From Candidatus Omnitrophota bacterium (lineage in GTDB: Bacteria; Omnitrophota; Omnitrophia; Omnitrophales; JACROU01), in the NCBI GenBank assembly GCA_029261035.1, contig JAJDCD010000023.1, forward strand, positions 365,126-429,125: DNA of 64,000 nt, written 5' to 3'. The position numbers and the translations under genes are program-made. Below are positions 8,929 to 17,012 of this stretch, piece by piece. The stretch's first letter is position 1; each line of letters starts with the position of its first letter. Under the pieces are notes generated by a model. It searched no databases. It saw nothing but the letters and a program-made list of their open reading frames with translations, and had not been told where the DNA came from.

Positions 8929-9569
8929 TGAACTCAAAAAAAAGAACTCGAATTCTAGTAACAGCAGGGCCCACTAGAGAATGGTTGGATCCTATCCGTT
9001 TTATGAGCAACCCTTCTACGGGGGTTATGGGGTACGAAATTGCACGGCAAGCAAACAAGCTCAAACATAAAGTTACTTTAATTAGTGGGCCTACTTTTTT
9101 AGAGCCTCCTAAAGGTGTTCGTTTTATCGGGATTGAATCTGCAGAGGATCTGAAAAAAATTCTTCAAAAAGAATTTTCAAAACACGACCTTCTTTTTATG
9201 ACAGCAGCTATCGGAGACTATACTCCTATAAAAATATCTAAACAGAAGATAAAACGCGTTTCTTCTTTGAGCATTAAATTAAAACAAACACCGGATATTT
9301 TGGAATCGGTAGCAAAGAAAAAAAAGAAATCACAGACGGTTATTGGTTTTTGTTTGGAAACAGAAAAGCTGTTGGAAAATGCAAAAAAGAAACTGAAGAA
9401 AAAGCACTGCGACTATATCGTTGCTAATTATTTAGGAAAATCGAACCAACCTTTTGGGTCTGGAATGACAGAAGTAGTGTTGCTCGACTCGGATGGAGTA
9501 AAGCAAGAATTTAAACAGACTTCGAAGCCAGTGTTAGCAAAGAAACTAATACAGGAAGTTCTTCGTTAA
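8928..9569 (+). CDS. coaB: Phosphopantothenate--cysteine ligase (CoaB half)
   Basis: An ILVTAGPTRE motif is present. It is a separate ORF overlapping coaC by ATAATG, so coaBC is split here. Confidence 0.85.
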   Translation: MNSKKRTRILVTAGPTREWLDPIRFMSNPSTGVMGYEIARQANKLKHKVTLISGPTFLEPPKGVRFIGIESAEDLKKILQKEFSKHDLLFMTAAIGDYTPIKISKQKIKRVSSLSIKLKQTPDILESVAKKKKKSQTVIGFCLETEKLLENAKKKLKKKHCDYIVANYLGKSNQPFGSGMTEVVLLDSDGVKQEFKQTSKPVLAKKLIQEVLR

Positions 9570-9619
9570 AAACCAGAATAGGTCATTGGTAGTTACCTCG
9601 CAATGACACTAACATCTAA

Positions 9620-10303
9620 TTGAAACCTATGAATCAAAAAGCTCAAGAATATTACAAACAAGGTTTAAACGCTTCTGCTCATGATCGTTGGGAAGAAGCA
9701 ACGCGTCTGCTCAATGAAGCTATTAAGGAAGATAAAACCTTATTAGATGCTTATGAGGTTTTGAGTGTTGTTTATGAAAGGCAAGAACGTTTAGATGAAG
9801 CGATAGATATTACTAAACAATTGATTGCACTGGACTCTGAGCATGTGATGGGCCACGCAAACCTTTCTCGGTTTTATCAACAAAAAGGAATGATTTTTGA
9901 AGCGGAAGAAGAGCAGGCCGAAGCTCAAAGACTTTCGGCAAGCGAAGGGGGTAACCTTTCAGAAGAAGAAGCAAAAAAAGTAAAAGAAATAGAAGGAAAA
10001 ATTGAGCGATATAGACAAGTTATTGAATTAGACCCCAAAGATATTTTGGGTTATTTCACATTAGGCAGCGCACTCCTTGAAGCAAAAAGATTTCGGGAAG
10101 CGGTGCAGATTTTATCTCAAGGCATGATGGTTGATTCCAACCATTCTTCAACCTATGTTGTTTTAGGGATGAGTTACGAGTCCTTAGGCGACACCGTTCG
10201 AGCCAAAACGACCTATCAAATGGGCATTCCTATAGCGAAAAAACAAGGGGATCTTATTCCATTAAAAAAGATGGAAACCCGCCTGAAAAACTTAAGTAAA
10301 TAA
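9620..10303 (+). CDS. TPR-repeat protein
   Basis: It contains several 34-aa helical repeats with W/LG/Y/A/F/A/P-type spacing. Confidence 0.6.
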   Translation: MKPMNQKAQEYYKQGLNASAHDRWEEATRLLNEAIKEDKTLLDAYEVLSVVYERQERLDEAIDITKQLIALDSEHVMGHANLSRFYQQKGMIFEAEEEQAEAQRLSASEGGNLSEEEAKKVKEIEGKIERYRQVIELDPKDILGYFTLGSALLEAKRFREAVQILSQGMMVDSNHSSTYVVLGMSYESLGDTVRAKTTYQMGIPIAKKQGDLIPLKKMETRLKNLSK

Positions 10304-10355
10304 ACTCGCTATTTTGGACGATAATATTATCTACCTATATATAAAGGGGTGTGCT

Positions 10356-10616
10356 ATGCAAACGAAGGCAAATACAATTTTAGTAGCTTTGCTCTTGTGT
10401 GTTTTGTTCTTAATCAATTCTTGTGCTACTTCTGTTGAAAAACAGAACGCAGAAACGATCAAAAACATAGAACAGCCACAGAGAGTTGATGAAGCTTTAG
10501 GAGCTTTGAGAGAAAACCAAGAAGCAGAAGGTTTAGATTCTATTTCGCCACAAAACACTTTTGGTTTACAAGCGCGAGAAGGTTTTAATCAGGATGCATT
10601 GGACGCATTATCTTAA
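10356..10616 (+). CDS. Small lipoprotein (hypothetical)
   Basis: The signal peptide has a lipobox (LINSC). I moved the start to the Met preceding the signal peptide. Confidence 0.5.
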   Translation: MQTKANTILVALLLCVLFLINSCATSVEKQNAETIKNIEQPQRVDEALGALRENQEAEGLDSISPQNTFGLQAREGFNQDALDALS

Positions 10617-10629
10617 TAAAAGGATTTTT

Positions 10630-12042
10630 ATGAAGGTAAAGAATTTTGTATTATTAATCATGACAGTTGTGGTTTGTTTATTCGTTTTATATCCGTCCAG
10701 CTATGCTCAGCAAGATCCGTCTCAAAATACATCTGTTAAAAAAATTATTATTCAAGAGCCTGAAGATATTTATAAATTATCTGTGGATGAAATCACACAG
10801 TCTAAGGCGGGCCAGGCATTTAAAAATGAAAATTATGAGGTAGCTCTAGAAGAGTTTCAGAAATTAAATAAACAAACTCCCAATGATATTACCATTCTTA
10901 GATACCTCGGTTTATCCTATGATCGTCTCGGTCAATATGAAAAAGCGATAGAATCTTATAATAAGGCCTTAATGTTGTTTCCCTATCATGTCCCAACGCA
11001 TTTTTATAAAGGATTAACGTTTTTAAAAATGGGAGAAACAAATAAGGGAATTAATGAGCTGACATATGTTCAAAGTTCAGATCCTGAAGGAATTTATGGT
11101 GTAAAAGTAAAGCCTATTCTTTCTCAAATTTCAGGGAAAGGAGTAGCTCAGGTAGAAAAAAAGCCTTGGAATTTTTATGGTCGTGCTGGATGGATGTATG
11201 ATTCGAACGTGATTGTGGCTTCAGATGATAAAACGTTAAGAGGAGCAAATGCAGACACAAACGCAATGCGCTATGAACTGGATGGTCGTTTTGTTTATCG
11301 TATTTTTGAGAGACAAACAGAACAGGTCAGTGTGGAATATGGAGTTTCTCAGAGTTTGCATGACGACACCTTAAACGAATTTAACTTTCATAGTCAACGT
11401 GCTGCTTTGCAATACTCTAGAATTGACACTTTTTTTGATAAACAGTGGATATCTCGTCTTCGTCACGATTTTAATGCGGGGTTCTTAGATGATAATTTGT
11501 TTTCGATTGCCAATACGACTTCGCTGAATACATCGGTAAGCTTAATGCAACAAACATTGGCTAGTTTTTATATTCGTTATGGGTATACCCAATTTGGTCC
11601 AGACGGATCAATCTCTACACTTTTTTCTCGTGACGGGCATTATGCTGGGACCGGCATGAGTTTAACTTTTTTTAACAAAAAACAAACTCATTGGATTTCA
11701 TTGGGTTATGGCTGGGATGGGGCGGATACTTCAGGAAGTAATTTTGACTATTCTGCACAAAACATAAGTATATTAGTCCATACGCCATTAATTGAGAAAA
11801 CGAGTGTTGATTTTGGGGTGTCTTACCGGCATGCGAATTATCGCAATTTTGATGGAAGTCTTTTTACCGACTCTCGGGATCGTCAAGATGACCTTGTTGT
11901 TTTAAATGCAGTTGTTTCTCGTTCGATTACGGATAATATTGTGATTCGTGCTTTTTACCGTTATTTCAATACAAGAAACACCAATGATATTTTCGAAAAC
12001 CGAAGACATATTTCAGGTCTTGAAGTAAATTTCTCTTTATAA
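10630..12042 (+). CDS. Secreted TPR-containing protein with a C-terminal beta-rich (possibly outer-membrane barrel) domain
   Basis: A signal peptide (…SSYAQ) is followed by N-terminal TPRs. The C-terminal half has alternating hydrophobic residues typical of beta-strands. Confidence 0.5.
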   Translation: MKVKNFVLLIMTVVVCLFVLYPSSYAQQDPSQNTSVKKIIIQEPEDIYKLSVDEITQSKAGQAFKNENYEVALEEFQKLNKQTPNDITILRYLGLSYDRLGQYEKAIESYNKALMLFPYHVPTHFYKGLTFLKMGETNKGINELTYVQSSDPEGIYGVKVKPILSQISGKGVAQVEKKPWNFYGRAGWMYDSNVIVASDDKTLRGANADTNAMRYELDGRFVYRIFERQTEQVSVEYGVSQSLHDDTLNEFNFHSQRAALQYSRIDTFFDKQWISRLRHDFNAGFLDDNLFSIANTTSLNTSVSLMQQTLASFYIRYGYTQFGPDGSISTLFSRDGHYAGTGMSLTFFNKKQTHWISLGYGWDGADTSGSNFDYSAQNISILVHTPLIEKTSVDFGVSYRHANYRNFDGSLFTDSRDRQDDLVVLNAVVSRSITDNIVIRAFYRYFNTRNTNDIFENRRHISGLEVNFSL

Positions 12043-12157
12043 CCTCTTTTTATTAAATCCTATCTCATTTCATAACAATAACTTACATAATTTGCACCTT
12101 TCTCTAGATTCAGTTACTCTTTAATTAGGTATTTAACAACTTAAAGAGGAATGAGTC

Positions 12158-13378
12158 GTGAAAAAATTTCAGAAAATAACCAAACGTTATTTCATTCTTA
12201 TTCTTTTACCGCTTTTTTTAATTTTCCCTATATCCGTATCCTTTGCTGGGAATTTGAGTAATGCTGAAGTAACCCATAACGATATTGATGACTCTATTGA
12301 TGAGATAAGTGTTACGGGTGTTAGTGGAACTAATTTGGATATTGGAACAACTTCAGGGTTGGGTATAGCAACTATTGATATAGATGATTCAGTTGGAACA
12401 ACCACAATCACGGAAGATATTGCTAATATAGAAACAATAACTATTGATGGTTCAGAGGGTGTGGATATAATTGATATGGGGGATGCCTCAGTTGAGCTCA
12501 TTGAGTTTGTTGGTACGGATACAATCACAGGAGCTATTACGAATACAGAGGTTATAAATATAGTAGGAACCGAAAATGCTGATGTAACAACTGTAGATGG
12601 AAGTCTTTCTAACATTGGGAATATTACAATAGAAGGGAACATAACGGTTATTGCTGGTTCTAATATCCCGGATAAGGAGTACTCTGTTAATGTTGGTGAT
12701 ACGACCACAATCACAGGAGAGATTACTAATGTAGGAACTATTGATATAGATGATTCAACGTATGGGGGAGCAGCAAGTGAGATGATTACTTTTATAGAGC
12801 TTGGAGGTAAACTCAGTTTGAATTTGAAATATGCTTATGCAAGCACCCCTTATACGATTCAAGTTCAAGTTAACGGAAATTCTGAGGGAATAGACAATGC
12901 TATAGCAGGTGATTTGAATGAACCGGATTTTGGGCAGTTATTTTTGGCAGGGCTTTTAAATTTAGGCAGAGGAAAAGAAATAGTAGATGGCAAAACTGAT
13001 TTAACAAATTTCTTTACTGCGGGAATTACCCGAATTGATACTGTGACAAATACAGGGGCAGGTGATGTTGTCTTGTCCGGAGGAAATGTTGTTCAAGATT
13101 CAGGCAATCTGTGTGCCGTTACCTTTCAATTTGGTTCATCCTCTGTTTCAGGGGGTGGAACAGGAACGAGTGTCAGTGGAAGTGTTGGTTTTACTACTAA
13201 TGGTGGAGGTTTGAGTTCTACAGGGTTTTCTAATAACTTTGCTACGAATGCAGAGGCTATTAATAGCAATACTATTATTAATGGAGGAGGAGGTTCTGCA
13301 TTAGCTGAATTAGGAAATGATGCTACGTATAACGTAGATTACAACTGCCCTTCAGGAAGTGCGGAAAGTTTTTCTTAA
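12158..13378 (+). CDS. Secreted low-complexity Thr/Ile/Asp/Gly-rich repeat protein (beta-helix/adhesin-like), function unknown
   Basis: It starts on GTG with AAAGAGGA upstream and has a signal peptide. Degenerate ~20-aa repeats of the form ITGxITNxxxIDIDDS recur along its length. Confidence 0.6.
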   Translation: MKKFQKITKRYFILILLPLFLIFPISVSFAGNLSNAEVTHNDIDDSIDEISVTGVSGTNLDIGTTSGLGIATIDIDDSVGTTTITEDIANIETITIDGSEGVDIIDMGDASVELIEFVGTDTITGAITNTEVINIVGTENADVTTVDGSLSNIGNITIEGNITVIAGSNIPDKEYSVNVGDTTTITGEITNVGTIDIDDSTYGGAASEMITFIELGGKLSLNLKYAYASTPYTIQVQVNGNSEGIDNAIAGDLNEPDFGQLFLAGLLNLGRGKEIVDGKTDLTNFFTAGITRIDTVTNTGAGDVVLSGGNVVQDSGNLCAVTFQFGSSSVSGGGTGTSVSGSVGFTTNGGGLSSTGFSNNFATNAEAINSNTIINGGGGSALAELGNDATYNVDYNCPSGSAESFS

Positions 13379-13397
13379 TATTTGCGTGAGATTTGAG

Positions 13398-13486
13398 TGG
13401 TGCCGGGGACCGGACTTGAACCGGTACGAGATATTAATCTCTTGAGATTTTAAGTCTCATGCGTCTGCCAATTTCGCCACCCCGGC
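13398..13486 (-). tRNA. tRNA-Leu (anticodon UAA)
   Basis: The cloverleaf folds by hand. It has a 7-bp acceptor stem (GCCGGGG/CCCCGGC), an anticodon loop CUUAAAA, a long variable arm and a T-arm CCGG-TTCAAGT-CCGG. CCA is encoded. Confidence 0.85.
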
Positions 13487-13617
13487 AATGAGGTGACTAA
13501 CAAATTTTGATATCTAATCCCTAATTCTAAATTCTTCTCTAGCTATATGCGTCTGCTAGTTTGACAAATTGATGTTCGCCAGTCGTGCACTTCGCTGTGA
13601 ACCGTTTTTTGTGTTCA

Positions 13618-13665
13618 CGCTTAGCATAGTGCGTGGCCAATTTCGCCACCCCGGCGAGTGAAGTG
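13618..13665 (-). pseudogene. Truncated copy of the tRNA-Leu 5' end plus upstream flank (about 45 bp duplicated)
   Basis: gtgcgtggccaatttcgccaccccggcgagtgaagtgac closely matches gcgtctgccaatttcgccaccccggcaatgaggtgac at 13458-13497. No anticodon stem or T-arm follows. A short hairpin (gtgaac…gttcac) follows the truncation point instead. Confidence 0.6.
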
Positions 13666-13721
13666 ACAAATTATATATCAAATTGCCACTAGTTTTAAGT
13701 TATTTCCTGATAATCTTTTTT

Positions 13722-13796
13722 TGGAGGCACCGATCGGAATCGAACCGATGTATAGGAGTTTTGCAGACTCCTGCCTTACCACTTGGCTACGGTGCC
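13722..13796 (-). tRNA. tRNA-Cys (anticodon GCA)
   Basis: The cloverleaf folds by hand. The acceptor is GGCACCG/CGGUGCC, the anticodon loop is CUGCAAA and the T-arm is ATCGG-TTCGATT-CCGAT. CCA is encoded. Confidence 0.85.
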
Positions 13797-13857
13797 CTAA
13801 ATTACGTATCAATCGATTTAGAGCCCCATATTGTATCCATATACTCAGAAAAAGCAA

Positions 13858-13903
13858 GTGACTGTCATCAGGCCGCACTCCGCGGACCATGGTGACTGTC
13901 ACC
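13858..13903. repeat. Hairpin element capped by GTGACTGTCA(C/T) dyads (copy 1)
   Basis: The sequence is gtgactgtcat-caggccgcactccgcggaccatg-gtgactgtcac. A related unit, gtgacagtcac, lies at 13979-13989. The architecture is the same as 24603-24648. Confidence 0.65.
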
Positions 13904-14067
13904 AAGTCTACTTTCTAATTCAACCAACAAAATTAGGAACAAAAGTAACCATCACCAAAACCATCTTATGGTAAGTAAGTGACAGTCACCCATATCAGGA
14001 AAAACACCTATCCAACACTGTTGAAACAGTTTAAAATAGAATTACATTTGTTGTATCTTGTGATTTT

Positions 14068-14097
14068 GAATAGTTTTAAAGAAAGAGACGTCTAATT
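14068..14097 (+). promoter_or_regulatory. Putative ECF-type promoter (TGAATA-N16-CGTC) upstream of the ECF sigma gene
   Basis: tgaatagttttaaagaaagagaCGTCta lies about 15 nt upstream of the RBS and ATG. It resembles a sigW/ECF -35 GAAAC-like element paired with a -10 CGTA-like element. The match is weak. Confidence 0.3.
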
Positions 14098-14111
14098 AAA
14101 GGAAGTAACAC

Positions 14112-14705
14112 ATGAGTCCGATTGAGAAGCAAGATTTAAACTTGCTTCAAAAAGCTAAAACTGGGAATCAAGGCGCGTTTCGTGAATTGTATGATAAGTA
14201 TTCCGGAAGAATTTTTGCTGTTTGCTATGGCAAAATAGGAAACCGAGAAGATGCTTATGATTTAGTTCAAGAAACATTTATTAAAGCCTTTCGATCATTG
14301 GACGGGTATAGAGGTGATGCACAGTTTTATAGTTGGGTTTATCGAATTGCAATGAATTGTTGTATGGATTTTTTAAGAAAGAAGCAGCGCCGGGGTAAGC
14401 GGGAGACTTTATCAGAGGATGTGGATCAGTCCGATGAAAATAAGCGTAAGGGAACGACTTTGGTTTCTTTAGATAATCCGATGATGAATGTGGATGCGGC
14501 AGAGTTAGGAGAGCGAATTTTGGAGGCCATTCACGGATTGACCCAAGAGCATAAGGAAATGATTTTACTTAGAGAAGTTGAAGGAATGAGTTATGAAGAA
14601 ATAGCGGAGCTTTTGGGTATCCAAAAAGGAACCGTGATGAGCCGTCTTTTTTATGCTAGGAAATTGTTGCAAGAAAAATTAAAAGAATGGGGTTTGAAGC
14701 CATAA
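14112..14705 (+). CDS. ECF-family RNA polymerase sigma factor (sigma-70 regions 2 and 4)
   Basis: Region 2 reads DLVQETFIKAFR and region 4 is a helix-turn-helix (MSYEEIAELLGIQKGTVMSRL). Confidence 0.85.
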   Translation: MSPIEKQDLNLLQKAKTGNQGAFRELYDKYSGRIFAVCYGKIGNREDAYDLVQETFIKAFRSLDGYRGDAQFYSWVYRIAMNCCMDFLRKKQRRGKRETLSEDVDQSDENKRKGTTLVSLDNPMMNVDAAELGERILEAIHGLTQEHKEMILLREVEGMSYEEIAELLGIQKGTVMSRLFYARKLLQEKLKEWGLKP

Positions 14706-15187
14706 TGCATATTTCGTTTGATGAATTAAATCAATATGTAGATCAAGAATTAGAAGCTTCTAGAGCTAAAGAAGTAGAGTTGCATCTGAAGTCTTGTGAA
14801 GAGTGCAACGATCAAAAGCAAGGTTTGATGCGTTTAGTGCTTGAGGTTAAAGGGCTTAAGGAGCATTTGTATGATTCAGCTTCTTTTGAACGGGTTTGGG
14901 GTGAGGTCAAAAAAGAATTGACGAAAAAACAAGCTAAACCGGAAACAGAGCCTGTTGCTTGGATGGACTGGATTCGATCTTTTTTATTAAAGCCTGCAAT
15001 GAGTGCCGCCTTTGTTGTGCTATTAGTTTTTGCGGCGGTATTTTTTTCTGAGCAGAGGTCTCTTGCGAGCAACGAAGCAGTGATCAATTCCGTTTCTTCA
15101 GAGAAAGATATGGTGATGATTTTCAAAACAGAAGAATTTAAAGTTACAGTGATTTGGTTGTTAGATCAATCGGATCCTAGTGAATGA
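14705..15187 (+). CDS. Anti-sigma factor with an N-terminal zinc-finger (HxxxCxxC) and a single TM segment
   Basis: Its start overlaps the sigma-gene stop (TAATG). It carries an HLKSCEEC motif, a central TM helix and a C-terminal periplasmic domain. Confidence 0.65.
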   Translation: MHISFDELNQYVDQELEASRAKEVELHLKSCEECNDQKQGLMRLVLEVKGLKEHLYDSASFERVWGEVKKELTKKQAKPETEPVAWMDWIRSFLLKPAMSAAFVVLLVFAAVFFSEQRSLASNEAVINSVSSEKDMVMIFKTEEFKVTVIWLLDQSDPSE

Positions 15188-15216
15188 AATAGAAGAAAAT
15201 AAAAGGGAGATATTTA

Positions 15217-15681
15217 ATGAAAAAAATCAGGAACGCTCAATTCCATATTGCTTTTCTAATGGTGCTGACATTGTCTTTATTACCGGTATCTGCTTTGGCT
15301 GAAACTTCTGAAGCCCAAGTGTCGGTAACAGTGGTATTGGCTAGCCCAAATGGAGGAACGGTGGATCCGGAATTGAATTCGATGATTGAGGACTTGCAAA
15401 AGCTGTTTACGCAATATTCTTATAAGAAGTTAGATCAGTTTGATTTATCACTTCAATTAGAAGAAGAGAAAACAGTGCAAATCCAAAACGGGTCGAGTTT
15501 AAAAGTAGAATACTTAGGTATAGAGAAAGATAAAATTAATCTCCATTTGATGATTAAAGAGGGTGGGAAAGAGTTGATTAATACGAATTTCTCTATAGCC
15601 AAGGGTGGAACCATTATTATCGGTGGGCCTAGTCATAAGGACGGTAAGCTTGTTCTTGCGATTCAAGCCTCCATTAACTAA
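15217..15681 (+). CDS. Secreted hypothetical protein
   Basis: A signal peptide ending …SALAETSEA is present. I recognise no family. Confidence 0.5.
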   Translation: MKKIRNAQFHIAFLMVLTLSLLPVSALAETSEAQVSVTVVLASPNGGTVDPELNSMIEDLQKLFTQYSYKKLDQFDLSLQLEEEKTVQIQNGSSLKVEYLGIEKDKINLHLMIKEGGKELINTNFSIAKGGTIIIGGPSHKDGKLVLAIQASIN

Positions 15682-15866
15682 CAAATAGACAAAAATAGCT
15701 GTTTTAAGCCATTTATCTAAGTAAGGGTGAATAATCACTATGAGAGCTCGTCTTAACTCAATAAATGGCTATATAGGTAAAAAAGGCTTGTCAAAGGAAA
15801 ATTTACCGATAGAATAGCACAGATTTTCTATTGATGAGTTTTTCGTCCCTGAAAGGAGAAATACAA

Positions 15867-16499
15867 ATGTTAAGAAATTTATTTAGTTTAATGCTTGTTG
15901 TAGCTATGGGGTTTGCTTTTCCTGTATCTGCTTCGGCTCAATTGTCTTTTTTAGACTCTGAAGTTATTCCAGGTGAAGGTGGTCAAGAATTGATTCTTGC
16001 TGATTTTGACACTGGAGATAAACCAAACAATATTGGTGGAGACTTTGGTACTTGGGATAAAGATCCTAACGATGAAACTCAAAATGTAAATTTTGATTTC
16101 CAAGATGATGATGCTATGGGAAATCCAGGCGGTTATTCTATTCGTTTAGATTACGATGTGGACTCTCCTAATCCAGCTTATAATGGTTTCTGGATGAAGT
16201 TAGAAGCAAGTGATGCAACTCCTTATAACACCATCAACCTTTATATTAAAGGGGATAGTGAAAAAGGTTTTACAAAAAGAATGAAGTTAGAATTGAAGGA
16301 TCAAACTAATAAGCCATCAGCATATATCATTAGTGGAATTACTAATGAATGGCAACGATTCTCAATTCCATTCGAGAAGTTTCGTCGTATTACAGACTGG
16401 ACTGCAATGAATGAATTTGTTATCGTTTTTGACGATATCAATTCAAATCCAAGAACGGGAACTATTTTTATCGATAATATTTCTCTTTCTGCAGAATAG
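15867..16499 (+). CDS. Secreted protein with a galactose-binding-like / carbohydrate-binding-module-like beta-sandwich domain (hypothetical)
   Basis: A signal peptide (…VSASAQ) is present. An aromatic- and Asp-rich pattern such as GFWMKLE…EWQRFSIPFEKF is typical of CBM/CIA30-like folds. I moved the start to the Met preceding the signal peptide. Confidence 0.45.
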   Translation: MLRNLFSLMLVVAMGFAFPVSASAQLSFLDSEVIPGEGGQELILADFDTGDKPNNIGGDFGTWDKDPNDETQNVNFDFQDDDAMGNPGGYSIRLDYDVDSPNPAYNGFWMKLEASDATPYNTINLYIKGDSEKGFTKRMKLELKDQTNKPSAYIISGITNEWQRFSIPFEKFRRITDWTAMNEFVIVFDDINSNPRTGTIFIDNISLSAE

Positions 16500-16513
16500 T
16501 TTTATTTTTTAGC

Positions 16514-16565
16514 AAAAGGCCTCTAGCTTCTAATCTGTTTAGGACTAGAGGCCTTTTTGTTTTTA
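16514..16565 (+). terminator. Rho-independent terminator
   Basis: The stem aaaaggcctctag…ctagaggcctttt is 10+ bp and is followed by TTTTTGTTTTT. Confidence 0.7.
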
Positions 16566-16598
16566 ATTAAAAGGGAACAAATCATCAAGGGGGCGGAA

Positions 16599-16991
16599 AT
16601 GGTTATACGGATAAAATCCATTTCATTTTTAATTGTGATGCTCGCATTTGTGTGCTTGCCATCTCAAGCAATCGCTGGAATTCCAGTTTCAGAAACAGAC
16701 TCTGAAATTCCTTATGAATACCTTGGAACAATTGAAGTTGATGTTGAACCGCATTTGTTCGTTAATAAAGTTGTACGTGTTGTGTCTTTTGGACAGTTGG
16801 ATAAGTCCAAGGTTGCTGTAATTCAAAAGCAATTGAAAAAGAAATTAGCGAAAAGCGCTAAAACTTATAGTCCTGATGCTGTTATCAAAGTAGAGTACTC
16901 TCCAACCTTAGAGGATCCTCGTTTCATAACCTCAGAAAAGGTTTTTGCAAAAGGAGATATGGTTAAGTACAAACAGACCTATCAGTACTAG
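16599..16991 (+). CDS. Secreted hypothetical protein
   Basis: A signal peptide (…PSQAIAG) is present. I recognise no family. Confidence 0.45.
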   Translation: MVIRIKSISFLIVMLAFVCLPSQAIAGIPVSETDSEIPYEYLGTIEVDVEPHLFVNKVVRVVSFGQLDKSKVAVIQKQLKKKLAKSAKTYSPDAVIKVEYSPTLEDPRFITSEKVFAKGDMVKYKQTYQY

Positions 16992-17012
16992 CATCTGTGT
17001 TGCAGAAAATGA

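Noticed and set aside
12187-12714. 175-aa minus-strand ORF
   Set aside because: It is fully antisense to the repetitive secreted-protein gene. The codon periodicity of the repeats keeps the opposite strand open.
13678-13905. ORFs at 13678-13905 (minus) and 13683-13895 (plus)
   Set aside because: They overlap the tRNA-Cys gene and the GTGACTGTCAC hairpin. They have no RBS and an implausible composition.
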